DNA of 64,000 nucleotides from Kofleriaceae bacterium (GTDB lineage Bacteria; Myxococcota_A; Polyangia; Haliangiales; Haliangiaceae): NCBI GenBank assembly GCA_020633495.1, contig JACKDR010000001.1, positions 502,105 to 566,104 of the forward strand, read 5' to 3'. Shown piece by piece: positions 35,604 to 45,241 of this stretch (position 1 is its first letter; each line of letters starts with the position of its first letter). The notes under the pieces were generated by a model. It saw only the letters and a program-made list of their open reading frames with translations, ran no database searches and was not told where the DNA came from. The position numbers and the translations under genes were made by a program.

Positions 35604-37583
35604 ATGCAACGAACGAGCATGATGGCGCTGGCGCTGGCGACCTTGATCGCCCCGGCGTGCAAGATCAACGGCAAGGACATCCTGAGCCGCCCCGGCGGCG
35701 GCTCGAGCAGCGGCAGCTCCGGCAGCTCCAGCTCCAGCTCCAGCTCCAGCTCCAGCTCCGGCGGCGGCGACAGCAGCGACCACGACGCCGGTGGCGGCGA
35801 CGGCGGCGGCGGTGGCGCGACCGCGAGCGGCGGCGGCGGCGGCGGCGACATCTGCAAGCCGCTCGAGGACGCCGGCTTCGACGAGAACGTCCGCCGGCAG
35901 GACATCGCCGAGCACACGACGATCTGCGACGTCGTCACGATCGATCCCGCGCCCGGGGTCAAGAAGGTCGGCGCGCGCAAGCCGGGCTGGTGCGGCGAGG
36001 TCGCCAAGCTGATGCCCGAGGGCGCGCGCACGTCGTGGGCCCACGGCCCGATGAGCCAGATCAAGGAGGGCCGCTACTGGTGGGACCAGACCACGCTGGT
36101 CCTCGGCGCGCTGTGCGTCAACCCCGACGACGCCCGGGTCCAGGAGCAGACCGGCTACCTCTACCAGTACTGGGTCAACCAGACCGGTCTGACCCCGGAG
36201 CAGCTCGACGGCCTGTTCAAGTACATGGGCTCGTACCCGGCCCACGAGACCACGCTGTACGCCGACACGATGAAGGCCGCGTGCAAGGCGTTCCCGGCGA
36301 TCAGCTCCGAGGCGTCGGCCCACGACAAGCTCCTCGGCGAGGCCGTGCGCAGCAGCCTGGGCTGCGCCGATCGCAGCGGCGCCCCGTACTGGGTCTCGGG
36401 CGGCTCCAGCCCCGACATCTCGTGGTACGTCGACGCCGCCGCCGAACCGCCGTCCGAGCTGCTGCGCTCGTACGTGGTGATGCGCTGCCTCGGCCAGCCC
36501 GACGAGATCGGCGGCCAGGAGCTGGCGGCCTACGCGGTGTGCGGCACCGACGCGCGCGCCCTCGACGCCGCCAAGCTCGAGCAGGAGATCGCCGGCTACC
36601 ACGAGCTGGCCAAGGCCCACGCCCGCACCCAGCACGCGATCGCGCGCAAGATCGCGGCACGCTACGAGGCCGTGGCCCGGGACAAGGTCAAGGAGGACCC
36701 GGCGTGGCAGGTGCTCCTGTACGACGCGCCGGCGGCGGCGTGGAAGGCGTGGAAGGCCGACTACAAGGCCAACCAGAAGGTGATCGACGCCGAGCGCGAC
36801 TACGAGGCCCTGTACTTCGGCCCCAGCCGCAAGGCCGCCAAGAACTGCTGGGCGGCGCCGTGGCGCAACCTGACCGCGCACGTCGGCGCGGCCAAGGCCC
36901 GGTCGGTGCTCGACGCCAAGCACGCGATGACCGATCGCATCGGCACGATCATCCTCGAGCACCTCGTGGCCTGCGCCGACGCCGAGGGCATGGCCCAGGT
37001 CCACAACGCCTACGGCACGGTGTTCGCGTCGGCGCGGCCGGTGCGCGGCCCGCGCTTCGCGACCTTCTTCGCGGTCATCGACGCGCTCAACGAGATCAAG
37101 GCCGACCGCTCGAAGTTTCCGGCCGAGGTCAGCTGGTTCTCGCGCATGTTCACCGGCCGCAGCCCGGTGGTGTCGACCGGCGGCAGCAGCCTCGACAGCC
37201 TCGACCTCGCCGGCTCCGACAAGGGTGGCGTGGTCAAGTCGGTCAAGAAGAGCGACGGCGGCCTGATCGTCGAGTTCAAGACCGAGCGCTGGAAGGACTC
37301 GACCTGGGACTGCAAGAGCACCGGCGAGATCATCATGTTCCACTCCGACGGCACGCCGATCTACGGGCAGGACTGCAAGTACGCCGGCGAGGAGTGGGTG
37401 TCGCAGACCCACGATCCGATCTGGGTCGACGAGCTGATGGGCGCCGGCATCAAGCCCGGCGCCTTCGTCCGCTCGACCAGCGGCGCCGCGCGCCACGGCA
37501 ACGTCTTCGACGCCATGCCGGTCGAGGTCTGGGCCAGCAAGGACAAGAAGCAGCTGGTCGCCTACCTCGGCCTCGAGCTGTAG
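35604..37583 (+). CDS. large lipoprotein with poly-Ser/Gly linker (659 aa)
   Basis: RBS GAGGGAGGAACG. Lipobox LIAPAC. Ser/Gly tract built from (AGCTCC)n. A globular remainder rich in W/Y/K that is distinct from the Cys-rich family. Confidence 0.75.
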   Translation: MQRTSMMALALATLIAPACKINGKDILSRPGGGSSSGSSGSSSSSSSSSSSSGGGDSSDHDAGGGDGGGGGATASGGGGGGDICKPLEDAGFDENVRRQDIAEHTTICDVVTIDPAPGVKKVGARKPGWCGEVAKLMPEGARTSWAHGPMSQIKEGRYWWDQTTLVLGALCVNPDDARVQEQTGYLYQYWVNQTGLTPEQLDGLFKYMGSYPAHETTLYADTMKAACKAFPAISSEASAHDKLLGEAVRSSLGCADRSGAPYWVSGGSSPDISWYVDAAAEPPSELLRSYVVMRCLGQPDEIGGQELAAYAVCGTDARALDAAKLEQEIAGYHELAKAHARTQHAIARKIAARYEAVARDKVKEDPAWQVLLYDAPAAAWKAWKADYKANQKVIDAERDYEALYFGPSRKAAKNCWAAPWRNLTAHVGAAKARSVLDAKHAMTDRIGTIILEHLVACADAEGMAQVHNAYGTVFASARPVRGPRFATFFAVIDALNEIKADRSKFPAEVSWFSRMFTGRSPVVSTGGSSLDSLDLAGSDKGGVVKSVKKSDGGLIVEFKTERWKDSTWDCKSTGEIIMFHSDGTPIYGQDCKYAGEEWVSQTHDPIWVDELMGAGIKPGAFVRSTSGAARHGNVFDAMPVEVWASKDKKQLVAYLGLEL

Positions 37584-37627
37584 CGCGAGCGCGGCCGGCG
37601 GCGGCGCTCGGCGCCGCCGCCCGGCGG

Positions 37628-38341
37628 CTACTTCGGGCAGCCCATCGCGGCCTCGGCCTGCTTCATCGCGTCGACCGCCTGCAGGCAGGCGTCGCCGGCC
37701 TGCTGCTTGACGTCGTCGGGGACACCCGACATGTCGCCCCAGCCCTGCTTCATGGCGTCCAGCCCCTGCCGGGCCGCGTCGCGCGCCGCCTGCGGGACCT
37801 TGTCGCAAGAGAGGTACTGCTCGACCTCGGCGACGTACTGGTCGCAGCCCGGGACGCCGGTGGTGGTCCACGCCACCGGCACGGCGTCCGAGGTGTCGTC
37901 GCCGGCGCCGGCCGCCACGTTCATCAGGCACTCCATCGCCTGCTGGGCCAGCAGCGTGGCCCGCTGGTTCTGATCGTCGTCGCCGTGCACGTCGCGGTAG
38001 CGGTCGGCGAAGTCGCCGAACTGCCGCTGCACGTGCTCGGCGCAGGCGGTGTCCTGGCAGGCGCAGGCGCTGTCGCGGAGCGCGGCGAGGTCGCCGAGCG
38101 CCTCCTCGACCCGGTCCGCGGGCGGTGCCGGCTGGCACGCGCACGGCTCGTAGCTGCGGCCGTCCGCAGCGCAGGTCTGGGTGCCGGCGGCGCCGTCGTC
38201 GCACGCGCACGCGGCGGTGGCGCCAGCGGCGCAGGCCAGCGGGCCCTGGGCGGGCTCGCCCTTGCCTCCGCAGGCGGTGGTCACGAGGACGAGGGCCACC
38301 GCGAGGCCCAGACGAGTCGACGAGATCGAGTTCGGTCGCAT
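37628..38341 (-). CDS. Cys-rich lipoprotein, paralog family member L2
   Basis: RBS GAAAGGAGC. Lipobox TTACGG. Same architecture as L1 (LRDSACACQDTAC, then GCDQYVAEVEQYLSCDKVPQAARDAARQGLDAM...GCPK). Confidence 0.7.
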   Translation of the reverse strand: MRPNSISSTRLGLAVALVLVTTACGGKGEPAQGPLACAAGATAACACDDGAAGTQTCAADGRSYEPCACQPAPPADRVEEALGDLAALRDSACACQDTACAEHVQRQFGDFADRYRDVHGDDDQNQRATLLAQQAMECLMNVAAGAGDDTSDAVPVAWTTTGVPGCDQYVAEVEQYLSCDKVPQAARDAARQGLDAMKQGWGDMSGVPDDVKQQAGDACLQAVDAMKQAEAAMGCPK

Positions 38342-38441
38342 CCGGCGAAGCTCCTTTCGCGCGCGTGGCGCGGTGCAGGCGGCGAGCATCGCAGAGCGGC
38401 GGCCGCGGGGCCAGCGAGCGCGGCGGCGGCGGGCGGCCGGG

Positions 38442-39155
38442 CTACAGCGGGCAGCCCGTCGCCGCCATGCCCTGCTTCATGGCGTCGACCGCCTGCAGAC
38501 AGGCGTCGTTGGCCTGGCGCTGGACGTCGTCTGGCACGCCGGACATGTCGCCCCACGCGGACTCCATCGCGTCCAGCCCTTGCCGGGCCGCGTCGCGCGC
38601 CGCCTGCGGGACCTTGTCGCAGCGAAGGTACGTCTCCATCAGAGCCACGTACTCGTCGCAGCCAGCCAGCCCGGTCGACGTGACCATGGCGCCGCCCCTG
38701 GCGCGGTTCAGGCACGTCATCAGCTCGCCGGCGAGCTGACCCGCCCGATCGATGTCGGGCTGATCGCCGCTGATGCCCGCGTAGCGGTTCAGGAACGCCT
38801 CGAAGTCGGCCTCGACCGCGTCGGCGCAGGCGCCGTCGCGGCAGGCGCAGGCCTGCCCCCGCAGCGCGTCCAGCGCCTCCAGCGCGTGCGCGGAGGTGAC
38901 CTCGTCGTCGCCCGGGTCGGCGTCGTCGGCGTCGGCGCGCGCCGCGCAGGTGCAGGGCGCGAAGGCGCGGCCGTCGGCGTCGCAGACCTGCGCCCCGGCG
39001 GCGCCGTCGGTGCAGACGCAGGCGGCGCTGGCGCCCGGAACGCAGGCCTGTCGCTCGGCGGTGCGCGAGTCGGCGCTGTGGGCACAGCCCCAGGTGGCCG
39101 CGGCGACCACGGCGGTGGCGACGATCGAACGGATGACGACAGGGAGGCGAGACAT
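38442..39155 (-). CDS. Cys-rich lipoprotein, paralog family member L3
   Basis: Lipobox TWGCA. LRGQACACRDGAC, then GCDEYVALMETYLRCDKVPQAARDAARQGLDAMESAWGDMSGVPDDV...GCPL. 237 aa by count. Confidence 0.7.
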   Translation of the reverse strand: MSRLPVVIRSIVATAVVAAATWGCAHSADSRTAERQACVPGASAACVCTDGAAGAQVCDADGRAFAPCTCAARADADDADPGDDEVTSAHALEALDALRGQACACRDGACADAVEADFEAFLNRYAGISGDQPDIDRAGQLAGELMTCLNRARGGAMVTSTGLAGCDEYVALMETYLRCDKVPQAARDAARQGLDAMESAWGDMSGVPDDVQRQANDACLQAVDAMKQGMAATGCPL

Positions 39156-39254
39156 CGGGGTCTTCTGCCACACGACGCGATGCTCCGGCAACGCCGAACC
39201 GACGCGGCCGGCCCGCCCGCGTCCCGCGGCGGTCACCGGTGGTACCGTCGTGGC

Positions 39255-40057
39255 ATGCGCGCCGTCGCCGCCCGGGCCGTCGTGATCGCGCTGGCGCTCG
39301 CGCCGACCGCGCTCGCCGGCTGCGGCCGCGCCGCGCCCGTGGTGTCGCGCGCCGACTGCGAGCACGTGCTGGCCCACCTGTACGTGCTCGAGAAGGATCA
39401 GCCCGAGCGCCCGATCTCGCGCTACCACCCGGCGGCCGGCACCGGCAAGGACGTCTTCATGGCGCGGTGCCCGAAGGTGCTGAGCGCGCGCGAGGTCGAC
39501 TGCTACCTGCGCGCGACCTCGGCGGCGTCGGCCGACGACTGCCTGCACCGGCGAGAGCTCGACCGCCGGCTCGGCGGCACCGGGCTGCCCGATCCGCTGG
39601 CGGTGCCGACGACGCCGGCCGCGCCGAGCGCGCCGCCGGGCCTCGCGATCGACGCGGCGGTCGCGGTCACGCCGGCCGCACCCCCGGTCGATGCCGCGGC
39701 GCCGGCGCCGCCGAACCTCGTGGTCGACGCGGCGGTCCCGACCGCTCCGCCCGCCGATGCCGCCGTCGCGCCGCCCGCGCTCGACGCCGGCGCGACCGCC
39801 GCCCGGCCGCCGCCGGGCCCCCGACCGGGATCGACGCCTGCGACGCCTACGCCGCGGCCATCGAGCGCTACGCCGCCTGCCCGGCCCTGACCCCGTCGGC
39901 GCGCCAGGCCGCCCTCGACGGCCTCGCCGCGTTGCGCGACGGCTGGGCCCGCGACCGCGATCCCCCCGACGACATCCGCGCGATCGCCGCCGACGGCTGC
40001 CGCCAGGCCCACGACGCCCTGCGCACCACCGCCGCCACCGCCGGCTGCCCGCTGTGA
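39255..40057 (+). pseudogene. lipoprotein carrying the family C-terminal module, with a 1-nt frameshift (L4)
   Basis: Lipobox ALAGCG. A unique N-terminal half runs to about 39800 in frame 0. The family C-terminal module (GIDACDAYAAAIERYAAC...IRAIAADGCRQAHDAL...AGCPL) continues in frame 2 to 40057. Confidence 0.5.
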
Positions 40058-40124
40058 CGGGCGGCAAGATCCGGCAACCGTCCGCCGCGCACGTCACGCC
40101 GCGGCGCGGCCGGCTCGGTCGGGG

Positions 40125-40916
40125 GTGCGAATCCTGCTGTTCACCATCGGCGCGATCGCGTCGGTCACCAGCTGCGGCGGCAGCGCGCCCGACGGCGCGA
40201 CGACCGCGGCGCGCCCCGCCACGGCGTCCGCCGCGACGCTGATCGACGCGCTCGAGGCGACCGCGGTGCGGGCCTGCGCCTGCGAGACGCTCCGCTGCGC
40301 GGTCGCGCTGCAAGATCAGGTCGACGTCCTGCTCGAGGACCCGCCAGCCGAGCTCACGCTCGACGACGCCGCGGCGGCGCGCTACGGCCGCGCCGCCCTC
40401 GGCGCGCTGCGCTGCACGTACGGCGCCGTCGACGACGACGCGCAGCGCCACCTCGATCGCGTCGCCGGGCTCCGTGACCGCGCCTGCGCCTGCACCGACG
40501 CCACGTGCGGCGAGGCCGCGCTCGCCGACCTCGACGCCCTCCGCCACGAGGACGACATGGCGGTCCACGTCACCGACCGTCATGACGAGCTCGAGCACGC
40601 CGGCGTCGCCGCCTACGCGTGCCTCGACGCGCTCCGGGTCGGGCCGCTCTACGGCCCGTTCCCGGTCGCGGACACCCGCGGCGTGCTACCGGCCTGCGAG
40701 GAGCGCAACCAGGTGCTGGCGCAGCTCGTCCGTTGCGAGCGCGCTCCGCGGCCCGTCAGGACCGAGTCCTTGCGCCTCGCCGTGGAGACGTTCGTCGACT
40801 GGACCAAGCCCCCGACCGACGGCGCGCTCGCGTTCGCGAACGAGATGTGCGACATGTTCGCCGACATGGCTCGCTCGCACCTGCGCCGGTTTGGCTGCGC
40901 GGGGGACGAGCGATGA
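40125..40916 (+). CDS. Cys-rich lipoprotein, paralog family member L5
   Basis: Lipobox VTSCGG. Modules RACACETLRC, DDAAAARYGRAALGALRC, LRDRACACTDATC. Confidence 0.7.
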   Translation: MRILLFTIGAIASVTSCGGSAPDGATTAARPATASAATLIDALEATAVRACACETLRCAVALQDQVDVLLEDPPAELTLDDAAAARYGRAALGALRCTYGAVDDDAQRHLDRVAGLRDRACACTDATCGEAALADLDALRHEDDMAVHVTDRHDELEHAGVAAYACLDALRVGPLYGPFPVADTRGVLPACEERNQVLAQLVRCERAPRPVRTESLRLAVETFVDWTKPPTDGALAFANEMCDMFADMARSHLRRFGCAGDER

Positions 40917-41884
40917 GCGCGGGAGGTCGGGACCGCGCGCCGTCACGTCACGACGTGGCGATCGCCGCGCTGGTGCTCGCCGCCGGCTGCGGCGCCACCG
41001 CTCGCCCCGCCGCGCCGCCGCTGTCGGCCCCCGAGCACGACCTGGTGGCCGCCGCCGAGGCCCTGCAGGCCGACGCCTGCGCCTGCCCCGACGGCACGTG
41101 CGTGCCACAGCCTCGCGACACCAGCCGCGCCCTGATCGATGGAGATGACGGCGTGGTCACGCTCGACGATGCCGCGGCGGCGCGCTACGGCCGCGCCGTG
41201 CTCGCGACCGAGCGGTGTGCCGCGCACCGGATGGCGGTGACGCGCGAACAGCTGATGGAGGCGTTCGCGGCCGTACGCGACAGCGCGTGCGGCTGTCACG
41301 ACGCCACCTGCGCCCACGAGCTCGGCGTCACCCTCGCGGATCTCCAGAAGAGCACCACCACGGCCGACGAGGCCACCCGCGATCGCGCGCGAGGGATCGT
41401 GAGCGAGGCTCGCGCGTGCCTCGTGACCACGACGCCGCCGGCGACAACGGGCGGCGCAGTCGCGACCACCGCCGACGGCGCGCGCGTGGCCGACGCCGAC
41501 GCCGCCAACGCGGCGACCGACCTGGACGCCGCGAGCGAGGCCGTGGGCCGCGACGTCTCGCAGGATCCCGTGTGGATCCTGCTCGAGGACCTGGACGACG
41601 TCGGCGACACCCTCATGGTCACCCACGGCCGGCTACCGGCGTGCGACGTGTACTTCCGGGACACGGTGACCATCGTCCGCGCGTGCCTGACGCGCGAACA
41701 CGTCGCGGTGGGCCGACGAACGTTCGACGACGCCGTGGCACGGCGCGCGACCTGGGACGTGCCCCTGCTCCCCGATGCCGCCTCCCGCAACGCGCTCGAC
41801 GCCGACTGCTACCAGGCCCATGACCAGGTCCTCCGCGACGCCACTGACCTGGCGCCCGGGTGCCTCGACCAGCTGAAGAAGTAG
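40913..41884 (+). CDS. Cys-rich lipoprotein, paralog family member L6
   Basis: ATGA overlap with L5. Lipobox LAAGCG. ADACACPDGTC, DDAAAARYGRAVLATERC, VRDSACGCHDATC. Confidence 0.7.
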   Translation: MSAGGRDRAPSRHDVAIAALVLAAGCGATARPAAPPLSAPEHDLVAAAEALQADACACPDGTCVPQPRDTSRALIDGDDGVVTLDDAAAARYGRAVLATERCAAHRMAVTREQLMEAFAAVRDSACGCHDATCAHELGVTLADLQKSTTTADEATRDRARGIVSEARACLVTTTPPATTGGAVATTADGARVADADAANAATDLDAASEAVGRDVSQDPVWILLEDLDDVGDTLMVTHGRLPACDVYFRDTVTIVRACLTREHVAVGRRTFDDAVARRATWDVPLLPDAASRNALDADCYQAHDQVLRDATDLAPGCLDQLKK

Positions 41885-41936
41885 CGTGGCGCTCGTCGCC
41901 GCGCCGCGCCGACCGGTTCCGGCGTATCGTCCGGCC

Positions 41937-42722
41937 ATGCGCACGCTCGCCCACCTCGCGGCCCCGCTGCTGATCGCGGCCGCCCTGTCCTCGTGCGGCG
42001 GCAAGGCGCCGCCGCCCGCGGCGCCGACCCCGGCCGAGGAGGCGGCGGTCGCCGACGTCGAGCGCGTCCAGGCCGCGGCGTGCGCCTGCGGCGACGACGA
42101 GTGCACGGTCGAGCACGTCGAGGACGTCGATGGCGTCCTCGCCCACGCCCCGCCCGACGTCCACCTCGGCGACGCCGCCGCGGCCCGCTACGGGCGCGCG
42201 GTCCTGGGCGCGGCGCAGTGCACGTTCGTCAAGGTCCAGGCCACGGCGCGCCAGACCCTCGCCGACCTGACCGCGCTCCGCGATCGCGCGTGCGGCTGCG
42301 CCGACCAGGCCTGCGGCGAGGCCACCGACGGCGCCCTGCGCGACGCCGAGGGCCGCGGCGCCGAGGCCGTGGTGGCGGTCGACGCCCACGACCAGGCCCA
42401 GGCGCTCACCGACGAGGCTCACGCCTGCCTCGACAAGCTCGGCGTCGGGCCGCTGTTCGCGCCGTGGCCGGTGCTCGACACCGGCGGCGCGCTGCCCGGC
42501 TGCGAGGCCTACGTCCGGGTGATGGAGGCGTTCGCGCGCTGCGACAAGATCCCGCGCGGCACCCGCGAGGCGCTGCGCCAGGGCGTCGACGCCATGGTCG
42601 AGGGCATCGGCGACCAGGCCAGGGTGCCCGACGAGGTCCGGCCCCAGGTCGACGCCGCGTGCACCCAGGCGGTGGACGCGATCCGCCAGAGCGCGGCCCA
42701 GACCGGCTGCACGCTGCCGTGA
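41937..42722 (+). CDS. Cys-rich lipoprotein, paralog family member L7 (both modules)
   Basis: Lipobox LSSCGG. AAACACGDDEC, GDAAAARYGRAVLGAAQC, LRDRACGCADQAC, plus the C-terminal module GCEAYVRVMEAFARCDKIPRGTREALRQGVDAM...GCTLP. Confidence 0.7.
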   Translation: MRTLAHLAAPLLIAAALSSCGGKAPPPAAPTPAEEAAVADVERVQAAACACGDDECTVEHVEDVDGVLAHAPPDVHLGDAAAARYGRAVLGAAQCTFVKVQATARQTLADLTALRDRACGCADQACGEATDGALRDAEGRGAEAVVAVDAHDQAQALTDEAHACLDKLGVGPLFAPWPVLDTGGALPGCEAYVRVMEAFARCDKIPRGTREALRQGVDAMVEGIGDQARVPDEVRPQVDAACTQAVDAIRQSAAQTGCTLP

Positions 42723-42727
42723 GGACG

Positions 42728-43390
42728 ATGATCATGACGCCCCCGACGACGCTCGCCCCGACGACGCGGCCCGCGACCGCCCCCTTCGCCGTCCCCGCCC
42801 TGCTGGTCGCCGCCCTCGCCGTGGCCGGCTGTGGCGGCGGCCGCGGCGCCACCGCCGCCGCCGCGCCCCTGCCCGCGACCGACGCCGCCCTGGTCGATCG
42901 CGTCGAGGCCCTGCAGGCCGCGGCGTGCGCGTGCACCGAGCCGGCGTGCCACGAGGCGCAGGCGACCGCGCTGCGCGGCGTCCTCGCGGAGGTCCCCGCC
43001 GAGGCGACGCTGGGCGACGCCGGCGCGGTCCGCTACGGCCGCGCCGTGCTGGGCGCGGTGCAGTGCATCTACGCCATGACCGACGACGAGCGCGCCGCGA
43101 TCGGCGAGCTCGCGGCGATGCGCGACAAGGTCTGCGCCTGCCGCGACCACAACTGCGTCGCGGTGATGGAGGACGGGCTCGATCGCTTCGGCGACGACTT
43201 CGACGCCCGCCTGCACTCGACCGGCAGCCTGCGCCGCGAGGGCGAGCTGTCGCGCGAGCTGATGGACTGCCTGTCCAACCTCGACGACGGCGACTGGGAC
43301 GACGGCGACGGCGACGGCCCCGACGGCTTCAGCGAAGGGGGCGAGGGCTGGCCCGAGGGCGAAGAGAACGGCGACCCCGGCGACGACTAG
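42728..43390 (+). CDS. Cys-rich lipoprotein, paralog family member L8
   Basis: Lipobox VAGCGG. AAACACTEPAC, GDAGAVRYGRAVLGAVQC, MRDKVCACRDHNC. Acidic DG-rich tail. Its stop TAG forms part of the CTAG insertion target. Confidence 0.7.
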   Translation: MIMTPPTTLAPTTRPATAPFAVPALLVAALAVAGCGGGRGATAAAAPLPATDAALVDRVEALQAAACACTEPACHEAQATALRGVLAEVPAEATLGDAGAVRYGRAVLGAVQCIYAMTDDERAAIGELAAMRDKVCACRDHNCVAVMEDGLDRFGDDFDARLHSTGSLRREGELSRELMDCLSNLDDGDWDDGDGDGPDGFSEGGEGWPEGEENGDPGDD

Positions 43391-45241
43391 GAGCGTGTAG
43401 CCGATAGCCCCCCGGGCCAGGACGGCATCGTCCGCGGTCGGGTATCGCGTGCGGCCCGGGGCGGCCTACGCCGGCATGGTGCGCGGCGACTGCGCCCGGA
43501 ATAGCTTCAGGAGGTTGTGAACGAGGGCGACGAAGGCCCATTCGCATCGGTTCTTGAAGAGGCCGCGGAAGGACAGTTGTCGGAAGCCGCGGGTTCGGAT
43601 CTGTCCGAAGACGGGCTCGACGGTGGTCTTGCGGCGGGCGTAGATGGCGCGGCCGTGCGGCTGTTCGAGGGCGGTACGCATGGCGAGGTGGGCGGCGCTG
43701 GGTCGAGGGGAACGCGACGGCGACGCCGGTGTGCCGCCGCGGCGGAGCCTGCCGACCGAGATGAGGGGCTCGGTCCCGAGATGATCAGCAAACTGGACGT
43801 TGGCGGCGGAGAAGTAGCCGGTGTCGGCGGTGACGCAGGCCGGAACCGCGTCGCAGTTGCGGACGACACGTCGCAGCAGTGGCTCGAAGTACTGGGCGTC
43901 GGGCGCCTGATTGCTGAGGGCCGCGGCCACGATGATCTGGTGCGCGTCGTCGACGGCGATCTGCGCGTTGTAGGCCTGCAGGAAGGCGCCATCGCGCACC
44001 ATGATCCGGCTGTGCGGGTCGGTGAAGTTGCGCTGCGCCGAGGGCTTCGGGGTGCCGCTCGGGGTCGCGGGCGGCGTGTTGCGGGGCAGATCGTCATCGG
44101 GGCCGGGCGGGTCTCGGTCGTCGTCGCGATCGGCGGGCGGATCGAGGGCGAGCGCCTGCTGGACGCGCTTGCCCGCGAGCGTGGCGGCCTCCTTGCGCTT
44201 GGCCGGCGTGCGCCGCGGGTCCTGCGCCTTGGCGCGCAGCGCCTCGGCCTGGCCGCGCAGCTGCGCGGCGCGGGCCGCCTCGGTCTCCTTCGTCAGCGCC
44301 TCGAGGGCGGCGTTCATCTTCGCGATCTTCTCCTCGCGCAACCGCACCTCCGCCTGTGGGTCATAGGGACCGTGCTCGGCGTCGTCCGCCGCGTCCTCGG
44401 CCTCGGCGCGCGCCAGCCAGCCCTCGACTTCGGCGCGCAGCCGCGCCTGGTCCTTGACCATCCGGTCGTAGCTCTTCGCCTTGTGCTTGCTCGCGTTGGC
44501 CTTCATCTTCGTTCCGTCGATCGCCACGTGGCCGAGCTTCACAAGCCCGGCTGACTGACACGCCACCAGCACCTGCACGAACAGGCCCGCCAGCGCCTCA
44601 CGGTGGGTCGACCGGAACTGGTTGATCGTCGTGAAGTGAGGTTGCGCCCCGGCCGCCAGCACCCGAACCGCGACGTCCTCGACGGTGGCGCGTTCGAGGC
44701 CCCGCGACGAGTACACGCCGGTCGCGTAGCCGTACAGCAGCAGCGCCACCATCATCCGCGGCGCGTACGGCAAGGGACCGCGTGGATCCTTGGCCTGGAT
44801 CCGGTCCTCGATCGCCCGCAGGTTCAGCCGCGCGACGAACCCCTCGACGAAGTACACCAGGTGCGACGCCGGCAGCCACTCACGCGGCGACGGCGGCAAC
44901 AGGAACGACTGCATCGGCGCGTACGGACGGTAGGCCTTCACCCCGCCATTCGATCAGCTCGCCGCGCTGGTGTCGATCCCTTCGTGCCCGACCGCGGTGG
45001 TGCCAGGCCACGCCGGCACGGGTGACGCGAGCGTGTGGGGGGCGGCCGACGGCGAGTTCCGCAGCGGGCCCGCGCCACCATGCGACTGCGTCACCGCCCG
45101 CGGCAGCCCCACCGCCCGCGGTCTTGTCACCGCGAGGACTGTCTGAGCCGGAGGACGCCCCCCCGCGCTCGCGGCAGGACCCGGGCCGGCGGCCCGCGGT
45201 CTCCCCACCGCTCGCGCCAGGCGGGTATCCGCTACACGCTC
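43391..45241. mobile_element. IS5-superfamily insertion sequence (IS1182-like), 1851 bp, with about 19-bp imperfect TIRs and a CTAG duplication
   Basis: Left end GAGCGTGTAGCCGATAGCC. The right end, reverse-complemented, reads GAGCGTGTAGCGGATACCC. Flanked by CTAG at 43387-43390 and 45242-45245. Confidence 0.75.
43466..44941 (-). CDS. IS1182-like DDE transposase (DUF772-type N-terminus)
   Basis: 491 aa. N-terminus MKAYRPYAPMQSFLLPPSPREWLPASHLVYFVEGFVARLNL is typical of the DUF772 transposase domain. C-terminal DDE_Tnp_1-like region (HVAIDGTKMKANAS..., ...AYNAQIAVD..., ...VTADTGYFS). Confidence 0.85.
   Translation of the reverse strand: MKAYRPYAPMQSFLLPPSPREWLPASHLVYFVEGFVARLNLRAIEDRIQAKDPRGPLPYAPRMMVALLLYGYATGVYSSRGLERATVEDVAVRVLAAGAQPHFTTINQFRSTHREALAGLFVQVLVACQSAGLVKLGHVAIDGTKMKANASKHKAKSYDRMVKDQARLRAEVEGWLARAEAEDAADDAEHGPYDPQAEVRLREEKIAKMNAALEALTKETEAARAAQLRGQAEALRAKAQDPRRTPAKRKEAATLAGKRVQQALALDPPADRDDDRDPPGPDDDLPRNTPPATPSGTPKPSAQRNFTDPHSRIMVRDGAFLQAYNAQIAVDDAHQIIVAAALSNQAPDAQYFEPLLRRVVRNCDAVPACVTADTGYFSAANVQFADHLGTEPLISVGRLRRGGTPASPSRSPRPSAAHLAMRTALEQPHGRAIYARRKTTVEPVFGQIRTRGFRQLSFRGLFKNRCEWAFVALVHNLLKLFRAQSPRTMPA

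Noticed and set aside
35297-38683. 1128-aa plus-strand and 35568..38210(-) 880-aa ORFs spanning the lipoprotein island
   Set aside because: They are out-of-frame or antisense to the 659-aa lipoprotein and to L2/L3, with Arg-rich junk composition.
43517-44554. 345-aa plus-strand ORF inside IS-A
   Set aside because: It is antisense to the transposase and has Gly/Arg-rich composition. Not a second IS gene.
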